Shown: positions 33,165 through 43,287, numbered from the stretch's first letter. The stretch is DNA of 64,000 bases from an uncultured Clostridia bacterium (GCA_947367115.1 CANBCW010000001.1:12296-76295), one strand, 5' to 3'. Made by a program: numbers and translations. The notes: generated by a model not told the origin, from the letters alone.

Positions 33165-33275
33165 TATAGTCGTATTTAATCTTTCATATATGCTGTGGAC
33201 TTTTCTCGCTATTGACAGTCACTTGCACTTGTAACAAACTTCTTTTAATCAAACAGCTGGTAATCCAATGAAAAC

Positions 33276-33326
33276 AAGCCCCCGCCGCCAAAAGGGTTGC
33301 TATCCCCAATTGGCGGCGAGGGCTTC
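33276..33326. terminator. Long hairpin between convergent genes
   Basis: AAGCCCCCGCCGCCAA ... TTGGCGGCGAGGGCTT. Confidence 0.55.
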
Positions 33327-33402
33327 CTATCATGATGATAGAGGAAGTGAATTTCCCATCTAAAAGTATCTTACTGCAGAAAAGATAACACGCCACAACC
33401 CA

Positions 33403-33720
33403 TCACTCAATCATATCGATGAATGTATTCACCTTCTCCAGATTGGCTTCATCCAATCCACGCAAACGACTGCACAATTTAGCATAAACAGTATCGTCAC
33501 GCTCTAGCGGTGCAAAGAATTCCGCTGGAGTCATTTCGAAGTATTCGATAATATTGAATAGTTCCCTGACAGAAGGCATAGCTATACCACTAGTAATGCC
33601 CCTGATATACGAACCGCTTTTATCCAAATCCAAACTCATCCTGTGTTCTGCAACATTCTTACGGAGTCGCAATTCGGTTATGCGAGTGCGGACAAAACTC
33701 TCATATTCCCTGATTTCCAA
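33403..33720 (-). CDS. XRE-family HTH regulator
   Basis: RITELRLRKNV..MSLDL..SYIRGITSG..PS; RBS GGAGG. Confidence 0.8.
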   Translation of the reverse strand: MEIREYESFVRTRITELRLRKNVAEHRMSLDLDKSGSYIRGITSGIAMPSVRELFNIIEYFEMTPAEFFAPLERDDTVYAKLCSRLRGLDEANLEKVNTFIDMIE

Positions 33721-33748
33721 AGCTATCTCCTCCTTGTATTATTAAATC

Positions 33749-33960
33749 GTAGTTTTAGAGTCCCTAAACAGGGATATATGCTACACTGTAAGGGATGCTG
33801 TGGAATGGTTCTGCTCCTCCTACCGCATGACGGTTCACAAAAGGCTCCAACCACAGCCCTTTACAGTATTGTTAATCAGTTAGATACCGCCAGACGGTTT
33901 ATGTGGAACAAGGTTACAAGAGTAAAGCGTCCTGTGGAACCAGCATCAAATAAACATACC
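33749..33960 (+). ncRNA. Putative IS110 bridge RNA
   Basis: 5' hairpin (TCCCT/AGGGA); long stem 33785-33867 enclosing CTCCTCCT and ACAAAAGG matching the reconstructed target; TACAAGA matching the donor. Confidence 0.75.
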
Positions 33961-33973
33961 GGAGGTATTCATT

Positions 33974-35152
33974 ATGATTTGTGTGGGTATTGATGTCGCC
34001 AAGGACAAGCATGATTGCTTCATCCTTAGCTCGGAAGGCGAAGTCCTGGCAGATGTATTCACCATACTAAACAACGCAGAAGGATTTGACACACTTCTGC
34101 AAACCATTCGCCGCTGTACCCGTCCGGAAGACAAAATAAAAGTAGGACTTGAGGCTACCGGACATTACAGCTACAACATTCTCGGGTTTCTTCTTGACTG
34201 CGGCCTGCCAACCTATGTCATAAACCCGCTGCACACCAACCTCTACCGGAAAAGCCTGACCCTTCGAAAAACCAAGACTGACCGGATCGATGCACGAACA
34301 ATTGCGACTATGCTAATGTCTGATTTGGACCTCAAGTCCTACACAGACACATCATATCACAACGAAGAGTTAAAGTCACTAACCAGGTACAGATTTGACA
34401 AAGTCCGTGAGCGGGCCAAACTGAAACAGTCTGTTTCTCGCTTGGTCACAATCCTCTTTCCGGAGCTGGAAAAACTGGTACCTTCACTCCATATAGCATC
34501 TGTTTACACACTTCTCAGCGAATTTCCAGGCGCACATCAGATTGCTGATGCTCATCTGACACACTTGAAAACTGTACTATCAGATGCATCCAAAGGTCGC
34601 TATGACCGGGAGAAAGCTGTTGAGATTCGGGATGCTGCCAGAAAATCAATTGGTTCCAGAATGTCTGCTAAGTCGCTGGAGCTCAAACATACCATTCAGC
34701 TCATCCGTGAGTTGGATGCAGAGATTGATGAAATAGAAAACGAAATCAATTCCATAATGGATGAAGTACATTCTCCGATGACCACGATTCCTGGCATTGG
34801 CACACGAATGGGGGCCATGATCCTGGCTGAGATCGGCGACTTCCATAACTTCAATTCCGCTGACAAAATCTTGGCTTATGCCGGTATGTCACCGTCTACT
34901 TACCAGTCGGGGCAACTTACAAGCAGCTATTCTCACATGGAGAAACGAGGTTCCAGATACCTCCGATATGCCATTTTCAACGCAACCAAGTATGTCTGTA
35001 TGTGGGAACCAACATTTGCTGCCTACCTGGCCAAGAAGAGAGCTGAGGGCAAGCATTATAATGTTGCCATATCCCATGCGGCTAAGAAGCTTGTGCGGCT
35101 GATTTATGCCATGGAGCGCTCAGGGCAGCCCTACAGGCCGGCTTCCATCTAA
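33974..35152 (+). CDS. IS110 recombinase/transposase
   Basis: DEDD residues in GIDVAK, GLEATG, KTDRID; C-terminal YQSG; AISHAAKKLVR. Confidence 0.95.
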   Translation: MICVGIDVAKDKHDCFILSSEGEVLADVFTILNNAEGFDTLLQTIRRCTRPEDKIKVGLEATGHYSYNILGFLLDCGLPTYVINPLHTNLYRKSLTLRKTKTDRIDARTIATMLMSDLDLKSYTDTSYHNEELKSLTRYRFDKVRERAKLKQSVSRLVTILFPELEKLVPSLHIASVYTLLSEFPGAHQIADAHLTHLKTVLSDASKGRYDREKAVEIRDAARKSIGSRMSAKSLELKHTIQLIRELDAEIDEIENEINSIMDEVHSPMTTIPGIGTRMGAMILAEIGDFHNFNSADKILAYAGMSPSTYQSGQLTSSYSHMEKRGSRYLRYAIFNATKYVCMWEPTFAAYLAKKRAEGKHYNVAISHAAKKLVRLIYAMERSGQPYRPASI

Positions 35153-35422
35153 CCGCTATCACAACCTTTTCTCAGAGCGCCGTTAGCGACGCTCTACTTG
35201 TCATGCCGTTTTTGTGGTAGAAACTTTTTCTGTATCATTCCCAAATTGAGACTTGACTTTTAATAGTTAGTCTTTTGTTGTTATTGTACTGCGAATCAGG
35301 AGATGTGGTTGGTGATGAAATTACGAAATTACGCTTTAAAAATCAGCAAGTTAGTGATATAATTATCAAAGGTCAATCCGCATTAGAAATTTAAATATTA
35401 ACGAAACGGAAGTAGTGGGAAT

Positions 35423-35914
35423 ATGGTAATTGAAACTGATCTTAGGAGACATCGTTGTTGCTTTACCGGGCATCGACCCGAAAAGTTAACAGATACAGAG
35501 CGAGCGATAAAGTCAGCTTTGAAGAAAGAGATAGAGCTAGCAATCAAGGAAGGCTACACCATCTTTTTGACCGGCATGGCACGTGGTACGGACCTTTGGG
35601 CAGCGGAAATTGTATTAGAGCTACGAAAGAAAAATAAGGAACTCAAATTGATTTGTGCCGTTCCTTATGAGGGCTTTGCACAACAGTGGTCTGAGGATTG
35701 GCAAAAGCTGTACCTACATATTCTTACAGAAGCAGATCTAATGAAAGTCATTGGACAACATTATCACCCTGGCGTTTTTCAAATTCGAAACGAATGGATG
35801 GTAAACCGCAGTTCCAAAGTGATTGCAGTATTCAACGGTCAGGCAGGGGGTACACAAAACACTATTAACTATGCAATAGAGCACAAAATTACTGTTAGCA
35901 TTATTTCGGGATAA
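35423..35914 (+). CDS. SLOG-superfamily (YspA/DUF1273-like) protein
   Basis: CCFTGHRP, TGMARGTDLWAAE, RNEWMV, GGTQNT. Confidence 0.8.
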   Translation: MVIETDLRRHRCCFTGHRPEKLTDTERAIKSALKKEIELAIKEGYTIFLTGMARGTDLWAAEIVLELRKKNKELKLICAVPYEGFAQQWSEDWQKLYLHILTEADLMKVIGQHYHPGVFQIRNEWMVNRSSKVIAVFNGQAGGTQNTINYAIEHKITVSIISG

Positions 35915-35947
35915 AATAAGCAAAAAATATCTTGCTTTATCAAAGCA

Positions 35948-35978
35948 GCACCCCCGGGCCATAATGGTCCGGGGGTGC
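35948..35978. terminator. GC-rich hairpin between convergent genes
   Basis: GCACCCCCGGGCCA-TAA-TGGTCCGGGGGTGC. Confidence 0.55.
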
Positions 35979-36031
35979 CACGCTTAGGGAGACACATGAA
36001 AAGGAAGGGACGGATTAGTTAGCAACATAGT

Positions 36032-36775
36032 TTATAGGTCTTCCAGTCGCTCAATAGATCTGATTTCCGGATTTTCGCAGATGAACTGGGCGATAGCTTC
36101 TACACTGCAGTGCTCGGTAGGGCGGATCACCGCCTCAACGAATACCAGTTTAGTTGCCTCAGCTCCTTCGCCTGCAACATTCGAAACCTTCTCACCATTG
36201 GATGTTATTTTAAAACGATGAAAATTATGGAATCCGAAGAATTTACGCATTCTCTCCTTGATCTCATCGTTGTATTCCAACTTAACCAGAAGCAAATGGG
36301 TTGAATCTCGCTTCAGCAACTTGGAGTGGTTAATGATTTGGAAGAAAATGATAGCAATGGTCGTACCAGTTGCTAACAGATACATACCGGTTGCTGCACA
36401 CATACCGATAGCCGCTGTAGCCCAAATGCCTGCAGCAGTGGTCAAACCGCGCATACTTTCACGGCGGAAGAAAATCATGCCTGCGCCCAAAAAGCCAACA
36501 CCGGAAACGATCTGTGCAGCAATTCTGGCACCATCGCCCATATCACCGGCATCCTTCTTGAACCACAAGGAAATACAAGTCAACAACGAAGCCGCACAAG
36601 CCACAATAAAGTGCGTACCCATACCTGCTTCTTTCTGTCGTCTGCTGCGCTCAATGCCAATACAAAAGCCCAACATGCCGCCGATGATAACGCGGATAAA
36701 ATACTCAAGTTCTACTTCAGAAATGAACTGTGATACAAACGCCCAAATATTCGCAAAGGAAACACTTGCTGTCAT
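36032..36775 (-). CDS. MgtC/SapB family membrane protein
   Basis: IGIERS, AGMGTH, RIAAQIVSGVGFLGAG, GLTTAAGIW. Confidence 0.9.
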   Translation of the reverse strand: MTASVSFANIWAFVSQFISEVELEYFIRVIIGGMLGFCIGIERSRRQKEAGMGTHFIVACAASLLTCISLWFKKDAGDMGDGARIAAQIVSGVGFLGAGMIFFRRESMRGLTTAAGIWATAAIGMCAATGMYLLATGTTIAIIFFQIINHSKLLKRDSTHLLLVKLEYNDEIKERMRKFFGFHNFHRFKITSNGEKVSNVAGEGAEATKLVFVEAVIRPTEHCSVEAIAQFICENPEIRSIERLEDL

Positions 36776-36925
36776 TAATTAAAAAGCTCCTTTCGAAAAG
36801 TAATTTACAGACTTTCATCTGGAGATAATATGTTAGGGCGAAGAAACATGGAGCCTCTTCGCCCTTTTAAGGAGGATGAGGATAGGTTCGCGGTGCAAAC
36901 GAACCATCCTCAGAAACGAACGTAA

Positions 36926-38116
36926 TTATTTCTTATACTGGTTAAAATCATCCAGAGTAAATAAGCCGTAGGTTCTAGCCGCACCAACATAAGCATACTT
37001 GTACTCGTTGTTGCCTGCCTCTACGTTGCCACTACCGGCAGTAGAGATCTGGATATCCAGATCATGAGCATCTACATAGGCCTTGAAAATGCAATTTGCA
37101 CGCATAACCTGGCCGGTAGAGCCGACAACCAGCATATTCTTGCAGTTCTTTCCTGCAATAGCCTTAAAGACACCAATGGCGTTGCCGACGGTATCACGGG
37201 CCTCCAAATCCACCAGAATTCTGCTCTCATCAATTTTCCAAGTACTGCCTTCCGGCTCAAGCTCCAAGCTAATAGCCAGTTCATTGGACCACTTCAGCAG
37301 ATAGTCCTTCATGACAGTTGCTTCTGCAAAGTCATAGTCAATGGCACCACCGGAAATAACAATAACAGCATTGGGACAGTAATAAGCAGCTTTGACAGCT
37401 TCCTTCAATCGCAGAACAGCGGAGGCGGACAGACCACCGTTAGCAGTGGGAGAAACACCCAGAACCGCAATTGCATCATAGTTCAAATTCTCGGTGTTAT
37501 CCAGACCAGTACCGTGCTCTTCGTTGCGCCAGCCATCTACCTTAGCAATGAATGCAACCATATCCTGGTAGCACTCCTCAGAGACATTCCGCAGGGCCTG
37601 CAGACGCTGCTGTGCCTGATCTCCGTTGCCCATAAAATGCTTGATATATGCAGACAGCGCCAAGGAGTAAATATCATCATGATGAACACGCAGGACGCTG
37701 TCCAGAGCTGCCAGAGCCTCGTTATACTTAGAATTGGTCAGGTAGACCTCAGCCTGCATACGGAAAGTATTCAGGTGCAAAGGCTGCTCCTTTGTCTTAC
37801 GATCCAGAGATGCATACAGCTCTGCCCACTGCCACTGACGGAACAGTTTCACATCTTCTGCCAGATACTTGTCATTTTCAAAAGACGTTGCATACAGGGT
37901 AACCAGATTTTCAATGGCTTCGCCACGATCGGAGCCTTCCTTGGCAGCAGGAACAGGCATGGGCTCAGTCAGAGCAAATTCCAAGGTCTCATTAATGAAG
38001 GTTTCGGGAATCTTTTCTTCCAAGCTTTCCGGTTCTTCATCTTTACAGCCAACCATAATGACCATCATGGTTGTCATCATGGCAAGCACAAGCAGAATGC
38101 TCAATACTTTCTTCAT
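36926..38116 (-). CDS. Lipoprotein with TPR-like and DUF218 (YdcF/ElyC-like) domains
   Basis: MVGC lipobox; AIAVLG, VISGG, EA.VMKDYL, ARDTVGNA. Confidence 0.7.
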   Translation of the reverse strand: MKKVLSILLVLAMMTTMMVIMVGCKDEEPESLEEKIPETFINETLEFALTEPMPVPAAKEGSDRGEAIENLVTLYATSFENDKYLAEDVKLFRQWQWAELYASLDRKTKEQPLHLNTFRMQAEVYLTNSKYNEALAALDSVLRVHHDDIYSLALSAYIKHFMGNGDQAQQRLQALRNVSEECYQDMVAFIAKVDGWRNEEHGTGLDNTENLNYDAIAVLGVSPTANGGLSASAVLRLKEAVKAAYYCPNAVIVISGGAIDYDFAEATVMKDYLLKWSNELAISLELEPEGSTWKIDESRILVDLEARDTVGNAIGVFKAIAGKNCKNMLVVGSTGQVMRANCIFKAYVDAHDLDIQISTAGSGNVEAGNNEYKYAYVGAARTYGLFTLDDFNQYKK

Positions 38117-38133
38117 ATGTATTGCCCTCCGCA

Positions 38134-39009
38134 TCACAGCAGAAGACTATCTCTGTAGCGAGATAGCAACGCAGGCCAGTCGGTCTGGATAATATCAGTG
38201 TTTTTACGGATCAGAACACCCCAACCATGGTCGAAACCTTCTTTGATGGAGATGTCATCATCATGTCCGGCACAAAGGATATGCTTCTCCAAACATGACA
38301 GGGTGATGGCGTTATACCACACGAAGTAACCCTGCTCATGCAGTCTTTCAATCAGGTCGTCCTGCCACATGGGGCTATCTTCGCTATTGGCGATCAGCTC
38401 AAAACCAACCACATTGATGTTCTCGTAGGACAGGATTAATTCAATGTCCTCCAGGGTTCTGACAATACCCATGAACATAAACTTAGTGGGTTCTTTTTCG
38501 TACTTATCCAGAATCTCTACCTTGGCAGGTGCCTTCATCAGCGCCTGATGGACAGTGTGGGGATACTTGTTAAGCAATGCAAAGGTGTCTTCCAGCTTGT
38601 TCCAGGAACGGTCCACATTGAACAGTTCGCCGTGGCAGAACTCCTTCAGAACATCCTCCATCTTTTGAACAGGGTGACCGGAAGGCTCCCAAATAGAGTT
38701 ATATAGATTGAACTCCGCAATTGCTGCAGAGCTAAATTTTTCAATGTTAGTGTGCAACCTCAGATTGACATCTTCGGTAGTATCATGGAAACAGTACAGC
38801 GTTCCGTCGGTGGACTTAGATACATCCAGTTCGAACATATCTGCGCCCAGCAGCATGGAAGCCTTAAATGCAAGGCCAGTATTCTGTGCAATGTTACCTG
38901 CATGTGCACCACGATGCTGTGCAACCAAGCACTTCTTTTCCTGCATCTGTGCATTCAGGTTTGCGTTGATATGACGGTACTTCTCTCTTCCGAAAATAGG
39001 CTTATTCAT
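38134..39009 (-). CDS. Glycerophosphodiester phosphodiesterase
   Basis: AQHRG, NT, ELDVSKSTDG, HD, IQTDWP. Confidence 0.85.
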   Translation of the reverse strand: MNKPIFGREKYRHINANLNAQMQEKKCLVAQHRGAHAGNIAQNTGLAFKASMLLGADMFELDVSKSTDGTLYCFHDTTEDVNLRLHTNIEKFSSAAIAEFNLYNSIWEPSGHPVQKMEDVLKEFCHGELFNVDRSWNKLEDTFALLNKYPHTVHQALMKAPAKVEILDKYEKEPTKFMFMGIVRTLEDIELILSYENINVVGFELIANSEDSPMWQDDLIERLHEQGYFVWYNAITLSCLEKHILCAGHDDDISIKEGFDHGWGVLIRKNTDIIQTDWPALLSRYRDSLLL

Positions 39010-39063
39010 TTTCTTGCCCCTTTCTTGCGTTGATAATCGCGAATTCAACTGGGTTCAATGGAC

Positions 39064-39091
39064 CCCTGGCGGAGGCGAACCTCCGCCAGGG
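39064..39091 (-). other. 12-bp intergenic hairpin with TTCG loop on the minus strand
   Basis: CCCTGGCGGAGG-CGAA-CCTCCGCCAGGG. Confidence 0.55.
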
Positions 39092-39112
39092 CTTAATTGG
39101 TTGCGCTTAATC

Positions 39113-40966
39113 TTACTTTCCAGCCTGCAGACGCTGCATCTTCTCGATATGCTTGGCCATGCGCTTGGACTTACGAGCATAATTGGTAACGCCCTTGCGG
39201 CCATAAACGAAGTACACGACGATACTAGCAATGATCATCATAACAACAGCATACACGAAAGAAACAGCGGTAGAGTTAGGATCGTAGTTATCCGTAGTCA
39301 GCGTCTTAATGGTAACACCCAAAGTGTTAATCTTCGTAGGAGACAACAGTACGGAAATGTCATATTCGCCCAGGGTGCCATTGAATTCCAATGCCCACAG
39401 AGCCAGAATCGTAGGAACAATGATGGGCAGCAGCACACGTGTGAAGGTGTACATACCGCCAGCACCCAGGTTCTTAGCTGCATCTTCCAGAGAATTATCA
39501 ATGGAGTAGAAGGCAGCTTTGGTCATACGCAGGGTGTAGGGGATCTTATTGACGATGTAACCCAGCAGCAAGATAACAACAGTACCGCCCAGAATAGCTC
39601 CGCCCACAGTCCACTGCTCGACATTATAGGTCTGCAGTAAGCCAACGGAGATCAGGATAGCAGGCAGCAGCCAAGGAATCAGCAGGGAGAACTCCAGGGT
39701 CTGAGCCAGTTTGCTCTTCTTGTACTTGGTGATAATACGGCAAGCAAACAGGATCAGCACGATAACCGCAGTAACAGATACAGCACCCAGGATCACAGAG
39801 GTCAACATGGGGCCGTAGTTATCGGGGTTGCCGAACACCATCTTGTAGTTATCTAGGGTGAAGGCATCCCAGCTGAGGGTGCCGGTGTTGATGGACTTGG
39901 TGTTGGTAAAGGAGAACAACACGATCATGGCCAAAGGAGACACATAGATGATAAACAACGCATAGGCCAACACATGCATCAGCACATTCAGCACGGGATT
40001 CTTGATGGGCTGCTTGACGATACGGGTCTTAACCTTGGAGATGGACATATAGTGTCCACGACGCTCCATGTAGTTCATGATCATCAGCAGAGCAAATGTT
40101 ACCAACCCCAAGAATATGGACAACACAGAACCCAAGGAACGAGTGTACTCCATCTTAACGAAAGTGATAACGATGGGGTTAATCGTTTGGAACTCCTCGC
40201 CACCGACGATCAAGGGCGCAGCCATAGCACACAGGCCCTTGATGAAAGTCAGAATAGTGATGGACAGATAGGAAGGAGCCAGAGTGGGGAAAACCACCTT
40301 GAACAAGATGCGGCCGGTGCCAGCACCCATGTTCTTAGCTGCTTCAATGGTCTGATAGTCGATCTGATGCAGAGCGTTCCGCAGGAAAACCACGTGGTTG
40401 GTAGTACAGGCGAAGGTCATGATGAATAGGACTGCACCAAAACCTTCGAACCAGTTGGTTGCCAGATCCGGCATCATGGTCCGCAGGAATCTGGTGACCA
40501 TACCCACTTCACCATAAAGGAACTTAAAGCCGGACACAAGGATCATACCACCATAGATCATGGTAGACATGTAGCCTAGTCTCAGGATTTTTGAGCCCTT
40601 GATCTTGAAGTATTCGGTGATAAACACAACCAGCGTGCCTACCACGTTAACAGTAACGCACATTGTAATAGCAAGAATAAAAGAATTCTTAATTGCCTTC
40701 ATTGCGCGCTCAGATTCAATAATTTTTGTAATATTATCCTTTAGACTACCGCTGAACAAAACATCCATAAACAGATTCAGGTTCGGGTAGATCAGGAACG
40801 AGAAAACAAACCAAATGAAGAAGATGGCTTCAATCAGAAGAAAGATGTTACCCTTGTTTTGGAAAAATTTCTTGAAACTAAAGCCCTCTTCCGAGTGCAA
40901 TCGTGCACCCTTTGCATTAAATAATGTCATTTTAATGACCATTCCTTTCTGCTCAAGTACGGTCAA
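39113..40966 (-). CDS. ABC transporter permease (FbpB/AfuB-type, two EAA domains)
   Basis: EAAKNMGA and EDAAKNLGA loops, many TMs. Confidence 0.9.
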   Translation of the reverse strand: MTVLEQKGMVIKMTLFNAKGARLHSEEGFSFKKFFQNKGNIFLLIEAIFFIWFVFSFLIYPNLNLFMDVLFSGSLKDNITKIIESERAMKAIKNSFILAITMCVTVNVVGTLVVFITEYFKIKGSKILRLGYMSTMIYGGMILVSGFKFLYGEVGMVTRFLRTMMPDLATNWFEGFGAVLFIMTFACTTNHVVFLRNALHQIDYQTIEAAKNMGAGTGRILFKVVFPTLAPSYLSITILTFIKGLCAMAAPLIVGGEEFQTINPIVITFVKMEYTRSLGSVLSIFLGLVTFALLMIMNYMERRGHYMSISKVKTRIVKQPIKNPVLNVLMHVLAYALFIIYVSPLAMIVLFSFTNTKSINTGTLSWDAFTLDNYKMVFGNPDNYGPMLTSVILGAVSVTAVIVLILFACRIITKYKKSKLAQTLEFSLLIPWLLPAILISVGLLQTYNVEQWTVGGAILGGTVVILLLGYIVNKIPYTLRMTKAAFYSIDNSLEDAAKNLGAGGMYTFTRVLLPIIVPTILALWALEFNGTLGEYDISVLLSPTKINTLGVTIKTLTTDNYDPNSTAVSFVYAVVMMIIASIVVYFVYGRKGVTNYARKSKRMAKHIEKMQRLQAGK

Positions 40967-41026
40967 AAGGCGCGGGTACGCCAGCGATAAGACTGGCGGT
41001 TCCCAAACCTTTTGCCGTGCTGAAAC

Positions 41027-42115
41027 TTAATGCTTTTTAGAGAGCTTTTTACTGGAGTTCTTTCCAACGATCTGCGTCTCGGGCTCTTCGGGTTCCGGAA
41101 CGAAGCCCAGAATGTCCCGAGGACGGATGCTAACCATAACTTTTTCGCCAAGAGCATGAACCTCCACACCATCGTTCTTTTCGAAGACCTTCAGGGTGCC
41201 CATATCGCCCACTGCCAAGTAATACTTGATGTACATACCGTAGTATTCAATGTTCTGCACGGTTGCTTCGGCGGTGAAGTATTCTTTGCCGGTTCTGCCG
41301 ATATGTACCTTCTCAAGACGGATATAGTTATTCTTCTGGGGGTCCAAGGTATTGTTGCCTGCTTCACTGGCGTTGATCGCAGCGACCAGTTCAGGGGTCA
41401 GCCTGTTGACATCGCCGATGAAGTTATTGGTGTATTCGGTCTTGGACTTGTTGTAGATTTCGTTGGGGGTACCGATCTGGTCAACAACACCGCGTTTGAA
41501 AACACAGATGTGGTCAGACAGAGTCAGAGCCTCTTCCTGGTCATGGGTAACATAGACCATGGTGATGCCCAGCTTCTTCTGCAGCTCCTTCAGCTCGCCA
41601 CGGAGCTGAACTCTGAGCTTTGCGTCCAAGTTGGACAGGGGTTCGTCCAGACACAGAATGGGAGGATTGCTGGCAAGTGCACGAGCAATGGCAACACGCT
41701 GCTGCTGGCCGCCGGACAGCTCAGATACATTCTTAACCAGCTGCTCATCGGTCAGGTCAACCTTCTTGGCGCAATCGTGCACAATACGGTCGATCTCCAC
41801 CTTGTTCTTTTTCTGAACTTTCAGAGAGAACGCAATATTCTCATAAACAGTCATCGTGGGGAACAGTGCGTAGGACTGGAACACCATGCCGATGTTCCGC
41901 TTCTCAACAGGAATATGGGTAATATCACGACCATCAATGGTGATCTTGCCACTGGAGGGCTTAATAAATCCGGTGATGGAACGCAAAGTTGTGGTCTTAC
42001 CACAGCCGGAGGGGCCCAGCAGGGTGAAGAACTCGCCATCGGGAATTTCCAGAGAGACATCCTTCAATGCATGGAAATCACCAAAATGGACATTCAGGTT
42101 CTCAATTTTAAGCAT
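41027..42115 (-). CDS. ABC transporter ATPase
   Basis: GPSGCGKTT, LSGGQQQRVAIARAL, VTHDQEEA. Confidence 0.95.
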   Translation of the reverse strand: MLKIENLNVHFGDFHALKDVSLEIPDGEFFTLLGPSGCGKTTTLRSITGFIKPSSGKITIDGRDITHIPVEKRNIGMVFQSYALFPTMTVYENIAFSLKVQKKNKVEIDRIVHDCAKKVDLTDEQLVKNVSELSGGQQQRVAIARALASNPPILCLDEPLSNLDAKLRVQLRGELKELQKKLGITMVYVTHDQEEALTLSDHICVFKRGVVDQIGTPNEIYNKSKTEYTNNFIGDVNRLTPELVAAINASEAGNNTLDPQKNNYIRLEKVHIGRTGKEYFTAEATVQNIEYYGMYIKYYLAVGDMGTLKVFEKNDGVEVHALGEKVMVSIRPRDILGFVPEPEEPETQIVGKNSSKKLSKKH

Positions 42116-42136
42116 GTTGCCGTGTCTCCTTCCAAA

Positions 42137-43267
42137 TTACTTCATGAACTGCAGAGTGATGTACTCAACCCACTCGCCCATGTGTTGCTGAGCCCAAGCC
42201 CAGTCGATCTGCTGCTGAGGCAGAGCGGTGTACCTTTTGGCATCCTCGCTAGCGCCAGCCTCCCAAGCCTCGCTGTTAGCAGGAGCGGTATCCCATGCCT
42301 TAGCCCATGTGGTCTGGAACTCGGTGCTACCGTACCACTCCAGGAACAGAGCAGCGGTGATGGGGTTCTTGGTGCCCTTGATAATGCCACAGCCGGTGAT
42401 AGCGTAAGGAACGCCGACTTCGGGAACAACATAGTCCAGCTCGACCTCATAGGTCTCGGAGTAGGACTTGATGCCGGAGGAGTACCACTGACCGCAGTGG
42501 ACGTCCTTCTGGCTACCGTCGGTAGCAGCGATGGCGCTGATCACGTCGCCGGAAGCGGAAACGCCGTACTTGTACAACTTCTTAATCTGCTCCCAACCCT
42601 CGGGGGAAACGCCGTACTTAGCATCAGAGGCATCGGACTTATATCTGTGCAGAATACCAGTCAGGTTGACCTGGGTGGTACCACCGGTCAGAGCGGACCA
42701 GCACTGGAAAGTGCCGTGGTACTGAGTGTTGCCGTCCTGCCACAGGTCCAACCAGTCCTTGGGAGCCTGATCAGCAGTCCAGGTGTTCTTGTCATAAACC
42801 AGCAGGATAGCTTCCTTGGTGATGGCGTGGAAGTAGCCATCGGGATCATTCATGCCTTCGTCGACCAAAGGAGCCCAAGTAGGAACATACTGCAGCAGCA
42901 GACCCTCGTTCTTCAGGTCAGCCCAACCCATAGCGTTCAGACCGCACATAACGTCAGCCTGGGGGTTCTTGCGCTCAGCTTTGATCTTCTCGGACATAGC
43001 GGATGCACCACCGTTAACGATGGTGATGTTGGTGAAACCGGCTTCCTTAGCCTTCTTGGTCCACCAGTCAGCACGACCACCAGAGCCGGAGTTGGTGTAA
43101 ACAACCAGAGGCTGGCTCTTGTACTTTGCGATCTCTTCTTCGGTCAGGTTAGAGATGTCGATAGGAGCCTGAGGACCCTCGGGCTCGTTATCGTTGCCAC
43201 TGCAAGCGGTCATGCAAAACACGGTTACAATAGCCAGCAACAGGGCGATAATCTTTTTTAGCTTCAT
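42137..43267 (-). CDS. ABC substrate-binding lipoprotein
   Basis: MTAC lipobox; KIKAERKNPQADV motif. Confidence 0.88.
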   Translation of the reverse strand: MKLKKIIALLLAIVTVFCMTACSGNDNEPEGPQAPIDISNLTEEEIAKYKSQPLVVYTNSGSGGRADWWTKKAKEAGFTNITIVNGGASAMSEKIKAERKNPQADVMCGLNAMGWADLKNEGLLLQYVPTWAPLVDEGMNDPDGYFHAITKEAILLVYDKNTWTADQAPKDWLDLWQDGNTQYHGTFQCWSALTGGTTQVNLTGILHRYKSDASDAKYGVSPEGWEQIKKLYKYGVSASGDVISAIAATDGSQKDVHCGQWYSSGIKSYSETYEVELDYVVPEVGVPYAITGCGIIKGTKNPITAALFLEWYGSTEFQTTWAKAWDTAPANSEAWEAGASEDAKRYTALPQQQIDWAWAQQHMGEWVEYITLQFMK

Positions 43268-43287
43268 TTCGTTGTCCTCCTAAATCT

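Larger units (their letters stand above)
33733..35273 (+). mobile_element. IS110-family insertion sequence flanked by CT cores
   Basis: CT(T) at 33733 and 35272; joining the ends creates TTGACT-17bp-TATTAT; guide matches in the left non-coding end. Confidence 0.85.

Noticed and set aside
33761..33790. TCCCT/AGGGA palindrome as an XRE operator, with the IS left end near 33780
   Set aside because: The CT core, guide matches and 17-bp junction promoter place this inside the IS, as the 5' hairpin of the bridge RNA.
41030..43261. 743-aa plus-strand ORF
   Set aside because: Antisense shadow of the ABC ATPase and binding-protein genes; no recognisable motifs.
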